NCBI GenBank assembly: GCA_035483355.1
Contig: DATHPZ010000004.1
Coordinates: 1 to 44,635 of the forward strand
From: Chthoniobacterales bacterium
GTDB taxonomy: Bacteria; Verrucomicrobiota; Verrucomicrobiia; Chthoniobacterales; JAFAMB01
Direction: 5' to 3'
Length of the DNA: 44,635 bases
In this document: one piece after another, positions 8,867 to 18,465 of the stretch
How positions within the stretch are numbered: the first letter of the stretch is position 1
Layout: each line of letters opens with the position of its first letter
The notes under the pieces: generated by a model
What the model was told of the DNA's origin: nothing
Databases searched by the model: none
The model's input: only the letters and a program-made list of their open reading frames with translations
Position numbers and translations under genes: made by a program

Positions 8867-11436
8867 GATTGCGTCCTTGGCAAATATTTACCTGCAGCAT
8901 TTGTCTTGCTTCGACCCTGCAGAGCCAGGAAGTACGGCGCGCGCTACCGGTAACGCCGACGCCGGTGCCGGCTCCGCGAGCGCAACCGGTTTTTCCCGAT
9001 CAAGTGGGACAACCGTCGATCCTGGACGAGAACATCCCGTCCTCACAGAGCGCGCAGCCTCGGCGTCCCGTTGACAATACCAAAGACGTGAAGACTTCGA
9101 CCGGCAGTCCCGCTGAGCCGGACTCGAAAACCAGAGACGAAGCGGACCAGGACGAAATCCGGTTGGCGCCCGGTCAGGGACTGGATGCGCAGAACGCCGA
9201 CCCGGCCAAAGCTCAACTGGCTATTGCCGACGGACTCTACATCCGCAAGCTGTACGATCTAGCGGTACCCGAATATGAGAAATATCTCGGCCAATTCCTT
9301 ACCGATTCCGGGCGACCTTCCGCCATGTATCGTTTGGCAGACTGTTACGCGAACCTTGGCCAGGAAGAGCCCGCGCTTAACACCTATCGCATGCTAGTCG
9401 ATGAAGTTCGCGCGGGCGAATTTGTGGGCAGCGCAGCATTCCGCCTTGGTTCCAGGGCGTTCGACAAGAAAAACTTCCAGGAAGCAGCTCCGTTGTACGA
9501 GAAAGCATACGCCAATGCGAAATCGCCGGAGATCAAGCTAACCGCAAGATATTATCAAGCAAAGTGCCTGGAATTGATCGGCAAAAAGGCGGAAGCAGCC
9601 GTTGCCTACGGAGATGTCGCGAAATTCACAGGCAAGAATCCGTACCGCGATGCAGCGCGATTATCTCTGGCCTACTTCGCGCTCGAGAACAATCAGAAGC
9701 AACAGGCATTCGACCTTTTCAGCCAGCTTGGAACAGATGCTGCCAAACCAGCGGTCAAGGCCGAGGCGTTGACGCGGGCCGGAATCCTCGCAGCCGACTT
9801 GAAGCAAAAGGATAACGCCGACCAGCATTTCAAAGCCGCAATCGCATTGAATGCTGAAGGCAAATGGAAACAGATCGCCGAGCTGGAACAGATGAAGCTT
9901 CAGTACGAAGGAGATAAGTTCTCGCAGGTTCTCGATTCGTACGCGAAAAGCACAAACTCCCTGGGCGACGAAACAAGACCCAGTGTGATGCTGCTGGTGG
10001 CAAACTCTTACCGCCAGTTAGGGAAACAGCAGAAGGCGCTCGAGCTCTACAATCAACTAATCCACATCTATTCGAACACGCCTGAAGCTTACGATGCGCG
10101 TTATCAACGATTGGTTTCTCTCGACGCGATCAAGGATCCGTCCCTGGTGACCGAGGTCGACTCCTACCTTGCCACAGGGCCTAGCCGCGACCGGGCAGAC
10201 AAGGCTAAGCTTCTGAAGGCGCAAACGCTGTTCCAGCAGAGACGTTTCGAGGCGGCCGGAAGGCTTTACCTCGAACTCACCAATTCGTCGCTCGCAGATC
10301 AGTACAAGGCCGATTGTTACTACGCCGCCGGATTTTCATTTCTACAACTGAACGACAACCAGTCTGCAATCCACGCGTTCACCGGTTTGATCGACAAGTT
10401 CCCCAAGCATCGGATGACTTCAAAGGCCTTGTTGAAGAGGGCCCTGCTTTACCAGGAAGCGAAGAATCTCCCGGCCGCCCTGAACGATTTTAGCAAGATC
10501 ATCGCTGACTATCCGGCATCGGCAGAAACGGAGACCGCGCTTCTTCAAAAGGGGTTAACTTTGGGCCAACAGGCACAGTACCCGCAAATGACAGCCGCCT
10601 TCCGTGAATTGCTGAAGAATTACCCTAACAGCACCGGCGCGGCTCAAGCCAACTACTGGATCGGCTGGGCGGCTTTTGAAGGCAAGCATTTCGAGGAGGC
10701 AATCGCTCCACTTTCTAAGGCACGGGACCTTAATCCTGACGAGTTCGCCGAAAAGACCACGCTCCGTTTGATTTTGTGTTACCAGAATCTGCGTAAGAAA
10801 ACGGAGGCCGCCAAAGAGGTCGACGGCTTTATCCAGAAAGATCCTCAGCGAATCTCGATGGTCCTGGATGTCTGCCGATGGCTCGGTTCCGAGTTTTACA
10901 ACGAGAACAACTTCGAGCAAGCGGCGAAATACTTCGGGCTGATGACCAAGAACACGGAACCGGCCAAGGTCGATAAAGGTATCTGGCTCAATTATGCCAA
11001 ATCTCTCAATGATCTAAAAAATTATCAGGACGCAACCGGCGCGATTGACCATTACCTGGAGCTGGCGACCGATCCGGCCGAGCGCGCGCAGGGTTTCCTT
11101 GTTTTAAGCAGCGCACAACTTGGCGCCAAAGATCTGGACCCGGCAACCAAGTCGGCGGAACAGGCGTTGTCGCTTCAACCGGAGGGCAGGCTGAATGCCG
11201 AGGCTCGAATGTCAATCGGAGATATCGAGTCTGCGCGGGGTAATTACGAAAATGCGGCGCGTTCCTACATGAGCGTAGCTCTGCTGTATGAGGATCCGGA
11301 AGTCACCCCACGCGCTCTGGAACACGCCTACGGAGCATTTCAAAAGGCCGGGAATGAACCCCAAGCGACAAAGACTCTTTCAGAATTGAAATCCCGATTT
11401 CCGAATTACACCATGAAGGTCTCGACCGCAGGCTAG
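8863..11436 (+). CDS. Secreted tetratricopeptide-repeat protein with a Pro-rich N-terminal linker
   Basis: 857 aa. Its ATG overlaps the exbD stop (ATGA at 8863-8866). Signal-like N-terminus, the stretch PVTPTPVPAPRAQPVFP, then many TPR-like A/Y/L-rich repeats. Confidence 0.8.
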   Translation: MRLRPWQIFTCSICLASTLQSQEVRRALPVTPTPVPAPRAQPVFPDQVGQPSILDENIPSSQSAQPRRPVDNTKDVKTSTGSPAEPDSKTRDEADQDEIRLAPGQGLDAQNADPAKAQLAIADGLYIRKLYDLAVPEYEKYLGQFLTDSGRPSAMYRLADCYANLGQEEPALNTYRMLVDEVRAGEFVGSAAFRLGSRAFDKKNFQEAAPLYEKAYANAKSPEIKLTARYYQAKCLELIGKKAEAAVAYGDVAKFTGKNPYRDAARLSLAYFALENNQKQQAFDLFSQLGTDAAKPAVKAEALTRAGILAADLKQKDNADQHFKAAIALNAEGKWKQIAELEQMKLQYEGDKFSQVLDSYAKSTNSLGDETRPSVMLLVANSYRQLGKQQKALELYNQLIHIYSNTPEAYDARYQRLVSLDAIKDPSLVTEVDSYLATGPSRDRADKAKLLKAQTLFQQRRFEAAGRLYLELTNSSLADQYKADCYYAAGFSFLQLNDNQSAIHAFTGLIDKFPKHRMTSKALLKRALLYQEAKNLPAALNDFSKIIADYPASAETETALLQKGLTLGQQAQYPQMTAAFRELLKNYPNSTGAAQANYWIGWAAFEGKHFEEAIAPLSKARDLNPDEFAEKTTLRLILCYQNLRKKTEAAKEVDGFIQKDPQRISMVLDVCRWLGSEFYNENNFEQAAKYFGLMTKNTEPAKVDKGIWLNYAKSLNDLKNYQDATGAIDHYLELATDPAERAQGFLVLSSAQLGAKDLDPATKSAEQALSLQPEGRLNAEARMSIGDIESARGNYENAARSYMSVALLYEDPEVTPRALEHAYGAFQKAGNEPQATKTLSELKSRFPNYTMKVSTAG

Positions 11437-11441
11437 CGTGC

Positions 11442-11483
11442 CGTCTCGCATATGAAGGTGATGTCGCCATTATATGCGAGACG
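11442..11483 (+). terminator. Perfect 12 bp-stem hairpin just after the TPR gene stop
   Basis: CGTCTCGCATAT (11442-11453) and ATATGCGAGACG (11472-11483) flank an 18 nt loop. No U-tract follows, so intrinsic-terminator function is uncertain. Confidence 0.35.
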
Positions 11484-11534
11484 CCACACTACTGTGTAAT
11501 TTCAAACGGACGCCACACAACTTCTTTTCCCGGA

Positions 11535-12650
11535 ATGACGTTTGCCCGGCTATTTTGCCTATCTGACCGTCCCAGGAGTCAGACGATAAATCACTTCGTC
11601 ACTTTGCTCGAGCCGATTGAGGACGCGCAATTGGCCCGTTTGGCCAACCAATCGCAAACGCTCACGCGTCGGCTTTTCGGGCGAACAATGCGCCTGTTTG
11701 CTCCTCTTTATCTTTCGAGCGAGTGCATTAACAACTGTCAGTACTGCGGGTTTTCGCGGGACAATCCAATCTTGCGAGTGACTTTGTCTACGGATGAAGT
11801 GGAAGTGGAAGCTAGACACCTGGTTGGCCAAGGCTTCCGAAATATCCTGCTGGTTTCCGGCGAACATCCGAAGTTCGTCTCCAACGGCTATCTCCTGGAT
11901 GTTGTCCGGAGATTGGTTTCTTTTGTGCCGTCCGTCTCGATCGAAGTTGCGCCGATGGAGATCGACGAATACCGGCCACTCGTTTCGGCCGGCGCGGAAG
12001 GTCTGGTCGTCTACCAGGAAACGTACGATCGCGCAGCTTATGCCGCGGTGCACACGGCCGGACCAAAACGGGATTTCGACTGGCGATTGGAAACTCCGGA
12101 ACGTGGGTACGCGGCAGGCTTCCGGCGGATCGGGATCGCCCCGTTGTTCGGCCTAGCGGAATGGCGATCCGAAGCGATCGCCCTAGCCGAACATGTCGAG
12201 TATCTCCTCAAGAATTGCTGGCGCGCGCAATTGACAGTCAGTTTGCCTCGGCTGCGGCCGGCCGCCGGTGGATTCCGTCCTCGACATTCGGTTTCGGATC
12301 GGGACCTCATCCAGTTGCTGTGCGCGCTCAGGATTACCTTCCCGCAAGTGGGCATCGTCCTGAGCACCCGGGAATCCTCGGATTTTCGAGATGCCTTGAT
12401 GCCAATTGGTGTCACTATGATGAGTGCCGGAAGCCGAACCGAGCCGGGCGGGTACACGGGACAAGGAACGCACTCGCTGCATTTGACGGTCAAAGGGCGG
12501 GTCAGCCAAACGACCTGCGGCGATTCGAAGGCAGGCGGCCAATTCGAAGTTGAGGATACCCGATCTCCGGATGAGGTCGCCGCAGCGCTTCGTGCGAATG
12601 GTTTGGAGCCTGTCTGGAAAGATTGGGATTCAGCGATTCTTTCGGTATGA
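11535..12650 (+). CDS. thiH: 2-iminoacetate synthase (tyrosine lyase) ThiH, radical SAM
   Basis: CINNCQYCGF radical-SAM cluster motif in a ThiH-like context (LYLSSECINNCQYCGFSRDNP...LLVSGEHP). 371 aa. Immediately followed by thiS. Confidence 0.88.
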   Translation: MTFARLFCLSDRPRSQTINHFVTLLEPIEDAQLARLANQSQTLTRRLFGRTMRLFAPLYLSSECINNCQYCGFSRDNPILRVTLSTDEVEVEARHLVGQGFRNILLVSGEHPKFVSNGYLLDVVRRLVSFVPSVSIEVAPMEIDEYRPLVSAGAEGLVVYQETYDRAAYAAVHTAGPKRDFDWRLETPERGYAAGFRRIGIAPLFGLAEWRSEAIALAEHVEYLLKNCWRAQLTVSLPRLRPAAGGFRPRHSVSDRDLIQLLCALRITFPQVGIVLSTRESSDFRDALMPIGVTMMSAGSRTEPGGYTGQGTHSLHLTVKGRVSQTTCGDSKAGGQFEVEDTRSPDEVAAALRANGLEPVWKDWDSAILSV

Positions 12651-12847
12651 AGCTTATGCTCAACGGACAAGTGCGCGATGTGGAAAGCGGCGCATCTCTT
12701 TCGGATCTCCTGGCCTCAGTACAAATGGCAGAGAAACTGGTTCTAGTCGAACTGAACGGCCGTGCCATACCACGGGCCGATTTTTCGGCGACAAAACTCG
12801 CCGACGCTGACACGATCGAGATCGTACGCCTGGTCGGCGGCGGCTGA
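12647..12847 (+). CDS. thiS: Sulfur-carrier protein ThiS
   Basis: 66 aa with the beta-grasp pattern MKLMLNGQ...IEIVRLVGGG and a C-terminal GG. ATGA overlap with the thiH stop (12647-12650). Confidence 0.85.
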   Translation: MKLMLNGQVRDVESGASLSDLLASVQMAEKLVLVELNGRAIPRADFSATKLADADTIEIVRLVGGG

Positions 12848-12853
12848 CTTCTT

Positions 12854-14662
12854 ATGCCTCGTATCGCTCAGGAAACCGTTGAACAGGTAGCAGCCGCCTC
12901 GGATATCGTCGCGGTGATCGGCGGCTATTTCCCGCTTAAGCGAGCCGGAACGGAGTTTCGGGCCATCTGTCCATTTCATCAGGAGAAAACCCCTTCTTTC
13001 TTCGTTAATCCATCCAAGCAATCGTATTACTGCCACGGCTGTGGCGAGGGAGGGGCTGTTTTCCATTTTCTGATGCGGTACGAAAGTATCGATTTTCCGG
13101 AAGCTGTGCGTCGGCTGGCGTCACGAGCCGGAATCGCGATCATCGAGGATGAACTCAGCGCTGAGGAAGAAACCAAACAGAGCCTGCGCAAACGCTTGCT
13201 TCGACTCCACTTCGAAGTGACCGCCTGGTTTCACCACAATTTGCTGCGCACCAAGGCGGCAGAGCATGCACGGACTTATCTGAAGAACCGGAGAATCAAC
13301 ATCGAGACAGCGAAGCGTTGGCAGATCGGCTACGCGCCGAATTCGTGGGATTCGCTGGTTCGCTGGGCAACCGTCGCTGGGTTCGTCAGAGAGGAGCTCA
13401 TCGAGAGCGGACTTGTCAAGCTGCGCGAAGAGGGAAATCCGCGTTCGCACTTCTACGATCGATTCCGGGATCGGTTAATGTTCCCGATCAACAATGATCT
13501 CGGTGAAGTCGTTGCCTTCAGCGGACGGGTTCTCGATCCAAAGGCGCCGGGCGGCAAGTACGTGAATTCGCCGGAGACGCCCTTGTTTTCAAAAGGGAAC
13601 CTTTTATTTGGACTTCATCAGTCAAAACGGTCCATTGCGAAAGCGGGGCAAGCGATCGTATTGGAGGGTCAGCTCGATCTCATCACCACCTTCGAAGCTG
13701 GCATCCAAAACGTCGTCGCTCCGCAGGGCACCGCGCTAACCGCGCGGCATGCAGCTTTGCTCCGTCGTTTCGCGGACGAAGTGATTTTATTCTTTGACGC
13801 AGATGCAGCCGGTCAGAAAGCGGCCGAACGTGCGCTCGAAGTTCTTTTTGGGGCAGGGCTGCAGGTGAAAATCGGCGAAATGCCAGCAGGAGAGGATCCA
13901 GACTCATTGATCCGCAAATCCGGAATCGACGCCTTCCGTGCGCGGGTGGAATCGGCCGAAGATTTTTTCGATTTTCAAGTCAATCATAAATTGAGCGCGG
14001 CGGAATCGAAAACAACCGCAGGCAAAGTTGCCTTCGCGCGGAAGATGTCTCAGTTTATCAGTGTTGTCCCCGATCCCGTTCTACGAGACACGTTGATCAG
14101 CCGGTTAGCGGTTCGCCTCACGATTCCACGGGAAACACTGCAGCAGATGGTCCGTTCATCGTCCAGGCAAACGGCGGGAAGAACACTTGCGGAAGATGTT
14201 GTAACACCACAGGTTTCGGTGCCGCGCCATGATTTGGCTGTCATTTGCAAAGCCGCTCTCGTTGTTCCCGATCTCTTAAGGGAAATTCGGCAACAACCTT
14301 GGAAATCCGTCTTGCAACACGTCGATGGCGCCGAATTAATCGCGAAAATTTTTGCGTCGTCGCTGGAGCCGGGAGAGCCAGCCAGCCTCGCTGCGTTCTT
14401 CGCTTCGCTGCCGAAATCGGAAGCCGCGATTTTATCTTTCCTTCTTGGCAACAAAGAATTGAACGAACAAATGGGCCATTTGTTCTGGACGCAGTTGGCC
14501 GCCGCTGAGCTTCAGCGCAGAAAGCGGCAACTGGAGACCATCCTTCGGCTTGCCGGGGACGATCTGGCAGCCCAGCAACAGGCGAACGACGAACTCAAAG
14601 AAGTCCTTGACCTCGAATCTTGGTTCACAGATATTTCGCGACTTCCGAGCCGGGCACTGTGA
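12854..14662 (+). CDS. dnaG: DNA primase
   Basis: Zinc-ribbon CPFHQEKTPSFFVNPSKQSYYCHGCGEGG and a TOPRIM region (VLEGQLDLI...FFDADAAGQKAA). 602 aa. Confidence 0.95.
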   Translation: MPRIAQETVEQVAAASDIVAVIGGYFPLKRAGTEFRAICPFHQEKTPSFFVNPSKQSYYCHGCGEGGAVFHFLMRYESIDFPEAVRRLASRAGIAIIEDELSAEEETKQSLRKRLLRLHFEVTAWFHHNLLRTKAAEHARTYLKNRRINIETAKRWQIGYAPNSWDSLVRWATVAGFVREELIESGLVKLREEGNPRSHFYDRFRDRLMFPINNDLGEVVAFSGRVLDPKAPGGKYVNSPETPLFSKGNLLFGLHQSKRSIAKAGQAIVLEGQLDLITTFEAGIQNVVAPQGTALTARHAALLRRFADEVILFFDADAAGQKAAERALEVLFGAGLQVKIGEMPAGEDPDSLIRKSGIDAFRARVESAEDFFDFQVNHKLSAAESKTTAGKVAFARKMSQFISVVPDPVLRDTLISRLAVRLTIPRETLQQMVRSSSRQTAGRTLAEDVVTPQVSVPRHDLAVICKAALVVPDLLREIRQQPWKSVLQHVDGAELIAKIFASSLEPGEPASLAAFFASLPKSEAAILSFLLGNKELNEQMGHLFWTQLAAAELQRRKRQLETILRLAGDDLAAQQQANDELKEVLDLESWFTDISRLPSRAL

Positions 14663-14740
14663 GCAAAGTGGATCCATCCGATAACAATTATTTCTCATTT
14701 CCCCCTGTCGGAGCCGCAGCGAAAGTATTCGTAGGTGGTT

Positions 14741-16594
14741 ATGGCAAAGCTTACTTCTCAAAACTCATCCAAATCGAAGGTTGCCAACTTAAAAACCGCC
14801 GCCGAGGAGAAGAAACCTAAGATCCTTGGCAGCAAATCCGCATTAGCCGCAAAAAAGATTGCTCAACTTGTGACAAAAGACAAGGTTCGGACGCAGACAT
14901 CGCAGGAGTTGCACATTTCCGTCGTGACGACGAATGGACACTCCGGAATAGCAACCAAGCTGGTATCTTCGGATCCAGCCCTTGACCTCCAGGAACGCGT
15001 CCGGGACATGGTGAAGCTTGCCAAGGAGCAGGGCTATGTCACCTACGACGACATCAACGAGGCTCTTCCGGAGAACATGGCTGATCCGGAGGAAATGGAG
15101 CAGCTCATCAACCGGCTCCGGTCGATGGAAGTGGACATCATCGATGCATCCGAAGTCGATCGCTATAAGGACGGCAAAAAGGACATCGACGACGAAGAAG
15201 AGGAGAAAGATCAGAAACTCGATATTCTCGATGATCCGGTCCGGATGTATCTGAAACAGATGGGGCAAGTGCCCCTGCTAACGCGGGAACAGGAAGTCGA
15301 GATTTCGAAGCGGATCGAAGACGCTGAATTGATGGTTCAAAAATTTATTAACAGGTTCGGGTTTACTTCAAAATCGCACCTGGATCTCGCGCAGAAGTTA
15401 ATCGAGGGAAGAGAACGATTCGACCGCGTCATTCTCGATAAGAAAATCGAGAGCCGCGAACGTTACATGAAGGGGCTCCCGAAGCTCTGTTCGCAAATTG
15501 AACGAACCAGCGGCGAAGTCGCAACGCTTTATCGCCAACTGATGGAAGCCCGCGACGCGGGAAAAGAGTCCTCTGTAAAATCGGAGTTTCAGAAGGCGCA
15601 CACCAGTTTGATGAAGCTCTACCCGAGATTTTACTTCAAACAAAAGGTCACTGAGGAATTTGTCCAACTGGCCGATGATTATCTGCGGTTGTTAAGCAAT
15701 TTGCAGAACGAAATTGCTCGGACCGAGCAGGGATCGGCGACCGGACGAGACCGTTTGCCCGATTACCGGAGCCGTTTGCGCGAGCTCGAATACAAACTCT
15801 GGCTAAAACCCGACGATTTCATCCGTCAACATTGCGATCTGAAAGACTGGCTCAAGCGAGCGCTTCGAGCCAAAACGGAGATGGTCGAAGCCAATCTGAG
15901 GCTGGTGATTTCGATCGCCAAGAAATACACCAATCGCGGCCTTTCGTTTCTCGATCTGATCCAGGAAGGCAACATGGGCTTGATGAAGGCCGTCGAGAAA
16001 TTCGAGTATAGACGCGGGTACAAATTTTCTACCTACGCCACTTGGTGGATTCGTCAGGCGATCACCCGATCGATCGCGGATCAAGCCCGTACAATCCGCA
16101 TTCCTGTGCACATGATCGAGACGATCAACAAACTGATGCGCGTGCAGAAGCAGTTGGTCCAGGAATACGGGAGAGAACCTACCCCTGAAGAGGTGGCCGA
16201 GGAAATTCAGTTGCCCGTCGAGCGGGTCCGCGCCGTGCTCAAGATGGCCCAGCAACCGATCTCGCTTCAAAGCCCAGTAGGCGATAGCGACGATACGAGC
16301 TTCGGTGATTTCATCGAAGATAAGGGTGCCGAAAATCCGAGCGACATGACTGCGATCGTCTTGCTTCGGGAAAAAATCCGAGACGTCCTGGATACCTTGA
16401 CCGAGCGTGAAAGGCAGGTTCTCGAACAGCGGTTCGGTCTCGTCGACGGTTACAGCAGAACGCTCGAGGAAGTAGGCCGACAATTTCGGGTCACCCGCGA
16501 GCGCATCCGGAAAATCGAAGCCAAGGCGCTGCGAAAGATGCGCCATCCGACCCGGATCCGACAACTCGAAGGATTCCTCGAAGCAGGCGAGTAA
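14741..16594 (+). CDS. rpoD: RNA polymerase primary sigma factor (sigma-70)
   Basis: Acidic region 1, region 2 ([37 protein letters not shown]), and regions 3 and 4 ([30 protein letters not shown]). ATG at 14741. Confidence 0.95.
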   Translation: MAKLTSQNSSKSKVANLKTAAEEKKPKILGSKSALAAKKIAQLVTKDKVRTQTSQELHISVVTTNGHSGIATKLVSSDPALDLQERVRDMVKLAKEQGYVTYDDINEALPENMADPEEMEQLINRLRSMEVDIIDASEVDRYKDGKKDIDDEEEEKDQKLDILDDPVRMYLKQMGQVPLLTREQEVEISKRIEDAELMVQKFINRFGFTSKSHLDLAQKLIEGRERFDRVILDKKIESRERYMKGLPKLCSQIERTSGEVATLYRQLMEARDAGKESSVKSEFQKAHTSLMKLYPRFYFKQKVTEEFVQLADDYLRLLSNLQNEIARTEQGSATGRDRLPDYRSRLRELEYKLWLKPDDFIRQHCDLKDWLKRALRAKTEMVEANLRLVISIAKKYTNRGLSFLDLIQEGNMGLMKAVEKFEYRRGYKFSTYATWWIRQAITRSIADQARTIRIPVHMIETINKLMRVQKQLVQEYGREPTPEEVAEEIQLPVERVRAVLKMAQQPISLQSPVGDSDDTSFGDFIEDKGAENPSDMTAIVLLREKIRDVLDTLTERERQVLEQRFGLVDGYSRTLEEVGRQFRVTRERIRKIEAKALRKMRHPTRIRQLEGFLEAGE

Positions 16595-16828
16595 GGGCGT
16601 TCGGGCTCCTCATTAAAGCGTCGTATCTGTATAGCGAAGTCTTCGACCTCAAACCGACCAGTCCAAAGCGTCTCGCTTTACCTACCGCGTTCCTCGGTGA
16701 ACGCCGGGCACAAAACGTCCTTGAGTGGGGCCTCACTGCGTTGTACTTATTCTTTGCCTTGGGATTAAAGAGAAGGCCACTTGGTCCGATTGAAACTTTA
16801 GGCAATCTGTGGTGTTCAATTCAACGCG

Positions 16829-17206
16829 ATGAACGATCCAGAACGCGATCAACTTTGGTGCTTGCTTGGAAAGGCGAAGGTCGAAGAGACTTCACCTTTT
16901 TTTGCGGCCAAGGTCGTTGCTTCAGTCAGAAAGCTAAAGGAGGATCGCAGAGTATTCTGGACGAATTGGATACGATTTGGGCTGCCCGGAGCGTTGGCGG
17001 GCGCGCTTGCAGTCTTTTTGACCGTTTTCAGCGTTCGCGTCGAACATAAGATTGAGTCCAAGCCAGTAATTGTCACACAGACTGAGCCAAGCGACCTCGA
17101 GTTGATAGCCGACCTGGATTCTGCTCTCTCCTCCGAGGAATCTTCCGTATGGTTAGATCCGCAAAACCGCGGGAACCCTGGCTCAGAGCCGACGCAGACG
17201 CATTAA
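16829..17206 (+). CDS. Hypothetical single-pass membrane protein
   Basis: 125 aa with an ATG start and one hydrophobic span (FGLPGALAGALAVFLTVFSV). I recognised no family. Confidence 0.45.
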   Translation: MNDPERDQLWCLLGKAKVEETSPFFAAKVVASVRKLKEDRRVFWTNWIRFGLPGALAGALAVFLTVFSVRVEHKIESKPVIVTQTEPSDLELIADLDSALSSEESSVWLDPQNRGNPGSEPTQTH

Positions 17207-17364
17207 AGTCTCCGAAGAAGAGGCTTTCAGACAAAAATTCAGATAGAGTGTCTCAACAGATCTCACTCTCCCTGGCACGCACGTGCGAACGCTGGCGCCT
17301 CGGCCAAGATCCACGGCTCGATGGTCGGGTAATCCACCCCTACTCCCGTCCGAAAAAGGAGGGC

Positions 17365-17705
17365 ACCGAATCAACGGCCCGCCGCAATGTCGAATAACCT
17401 GTTCGTAATGAATGAAAGTCTTGTCCTCAATCGTCCCGCGCTGGCGGGCCAACCATTGATCCACGAACTCCGCGATTGACGGATCTTAGGGCTTTTTTCG
17501 GTGACCAGCTTGATCGTCTCGCCGACGATCCGTTCCCGTTTAGCGACGGCGGCCTCGACGGTCTCGAAGCTGTGCAACATCAGCCCGCGCCTTGGCTTTT
17601 TCAGAAGTGCCGCTCGACTTCTTCTGCCACCGGCCTTGGGCGGTCTCCTACAAGAGGTAATAGTTCGGCGACCGGCCCCTTGGAGTCTTTAAAGATGGAA
17701 CCCAT
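17365..17705 (-). pseudogene. Possible remnant of a tyrosine-integrase N-terminus, frameshifted and lacking the catalytic domain
   Basis: The minus strand reads MGSIFKDSKG from 17705, with RSPNYYL after a -1 shift. A second frame gives ...HSFETVEAAVAKRERIVGE. A third gives IAEFVDQWLARQRGTIEDKTFIHYEQVIRH (SAM-like core-binding pattern). No R..HxxR..Y domain follows. Confidence 0.35.
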
Positions 17706-17897
17706 GAGATTGTGCGGTGTTTAAGGTATACTAGCGTCTCTCCACGGATCATATGGAATCCACTTGAGGTCAGACAAGAATTCAGAATGAAAAAAGTCAG
17801 ACAAACCAGTCAGACAAGACTCTCACCGGATCATGATGGCTTTGGAAGCCTCCCCGATAGAGGAACGGCGGGCTTTTCCCAGGGGCAGATCGAACGT

Positions 17898-18413
17898 ATG
17901 GTTAGATTCTTCGTCGCATTGATTCTCGCGGGTTTCGCTGGCGCGGGTTTCGCTGGCGCGGAGAGTCAGGCGCAGGTTGCAACCTCCTCACCGAGCTCCT
18001 CTGCAACGCCGCAAGCAACCCCTTCCGTTTCAACCAGCGCCAGCCGGTTTGAGTCGTTGCGCAAAGCGTTCGAGCAGCTTTCAGCGGAGCAGCAGGAGAG
18101 GATCCTCCAGAATTTTCATCGTTGGCAGGATCTGAGCCAGGACGAGAAAGAAGTCTTGCGCCAGAGAGAGCGTGTCCAGCGGCAAAAGCTGGAGGCTTCC
18201 ATCAACGAAGCATATCAGAAGTCCGGTTTACAGCTCAACGACGAGCAGCGCGCACAATTTCGCAAGCGTTACCTGCAGGAACGACGTCGTTTGGAAGAAC
18301 AACTCGTGCACGACATTCAGGAGAAACGCCAAGCCGGCAACGCTGCCATTATCGAGATGCTAAAGAAGGAGTTCTCCAATCAAAAGCCCCCGGCCAGCGC
18401 GGCCATCCACTAG
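17898..18413 (+). CDS. Secreted coiled-coil protein, DUF3106-like
   Basis: Signal peptide MVRFFVALILAGFAGAGFAGA, a Ser/Thr/Pro linker, then repeated ...FHRWQDLSQDEKEVLRQRE.../...QRAQFRKRYLQERRRLEEQ helices. Start trimmed to the ATG at 17898. Confidence 0.55.
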   Translation: MVRFFVALILAGFAGAGFAGAESQAQVATSSPSSSATPQATPSVSTSASRFESLRKAFEQLSAEQQERILQNFHRWQDLSQDEKEVLRQRERVQRQKLEASINEAYQKSGLQLNDEQRAQFRKRYLQERRRLEEQLVHDIQEKRQAGNAAIIEMLKKEFSNQKPPASAAIH

Positions 18414-18417
18414 TGTA

Positions 18418-18465
18418 GCGTTCGGCGTTCGGCGTTTATCGTTTACCGTTCTGCGTTCGGCGGCG
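18418..18465. repeat. GCGTTCG heptamer array spanning the 22 nt intergenic gap and the 3' end of lipA
   Basis: GCGTTCGGCGTTCGGCGTTTATCGTTTACCGTTCTGCGTTCGGCGGCG. Its reverse complement encodes the last residues of LipA (ARRRTQNGKR*). Confidence 0.6.

Noticed and set aside
11437-11534. TPP (THI-box) riboswitch expected upstream of thiH
   Set aside because: None of the conserved boxes is present. Only a 12 bp perfect palindrome is seen, which is more consistent with a terminator-like hairpin for the upstream TPR gene.
12038-12670. 210 aa minus-strand ORF antisense to thiH
   Set aside because: It lies entirely inside a motif-supported thiH gene and its Arg/Ser/Pro-rich translation is typical of antisense frames in GC-rich DNA. 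The same reasoning applies to 15803-16564 (antisense to rpoD), 27835-28755 (antisense to opgG), 20954-21613, 939-1388, 36752-37270 and 40603-41091.
16595-16828. tRNA or small RNA gene next to the integrase remnant and rpoD
   Set aside because: I could not find a cloverleaf-compatible sequence or a T-loop GTTCGAATC-type box here or in the other intergenic gaps. Only a weak AAAGCG-TCT-CGCTTT hairpin (~16665-16679) is present.
17929-17958. 15 bp tandem duplication (GCGGGTTTCGCTGGC twice)
   Set aside because: It lies within the signal peptide of the DUF3106-like protein (GFAGAGFAGA). It is a trivial in-frame slippage duplication, not a regulatory repeat.
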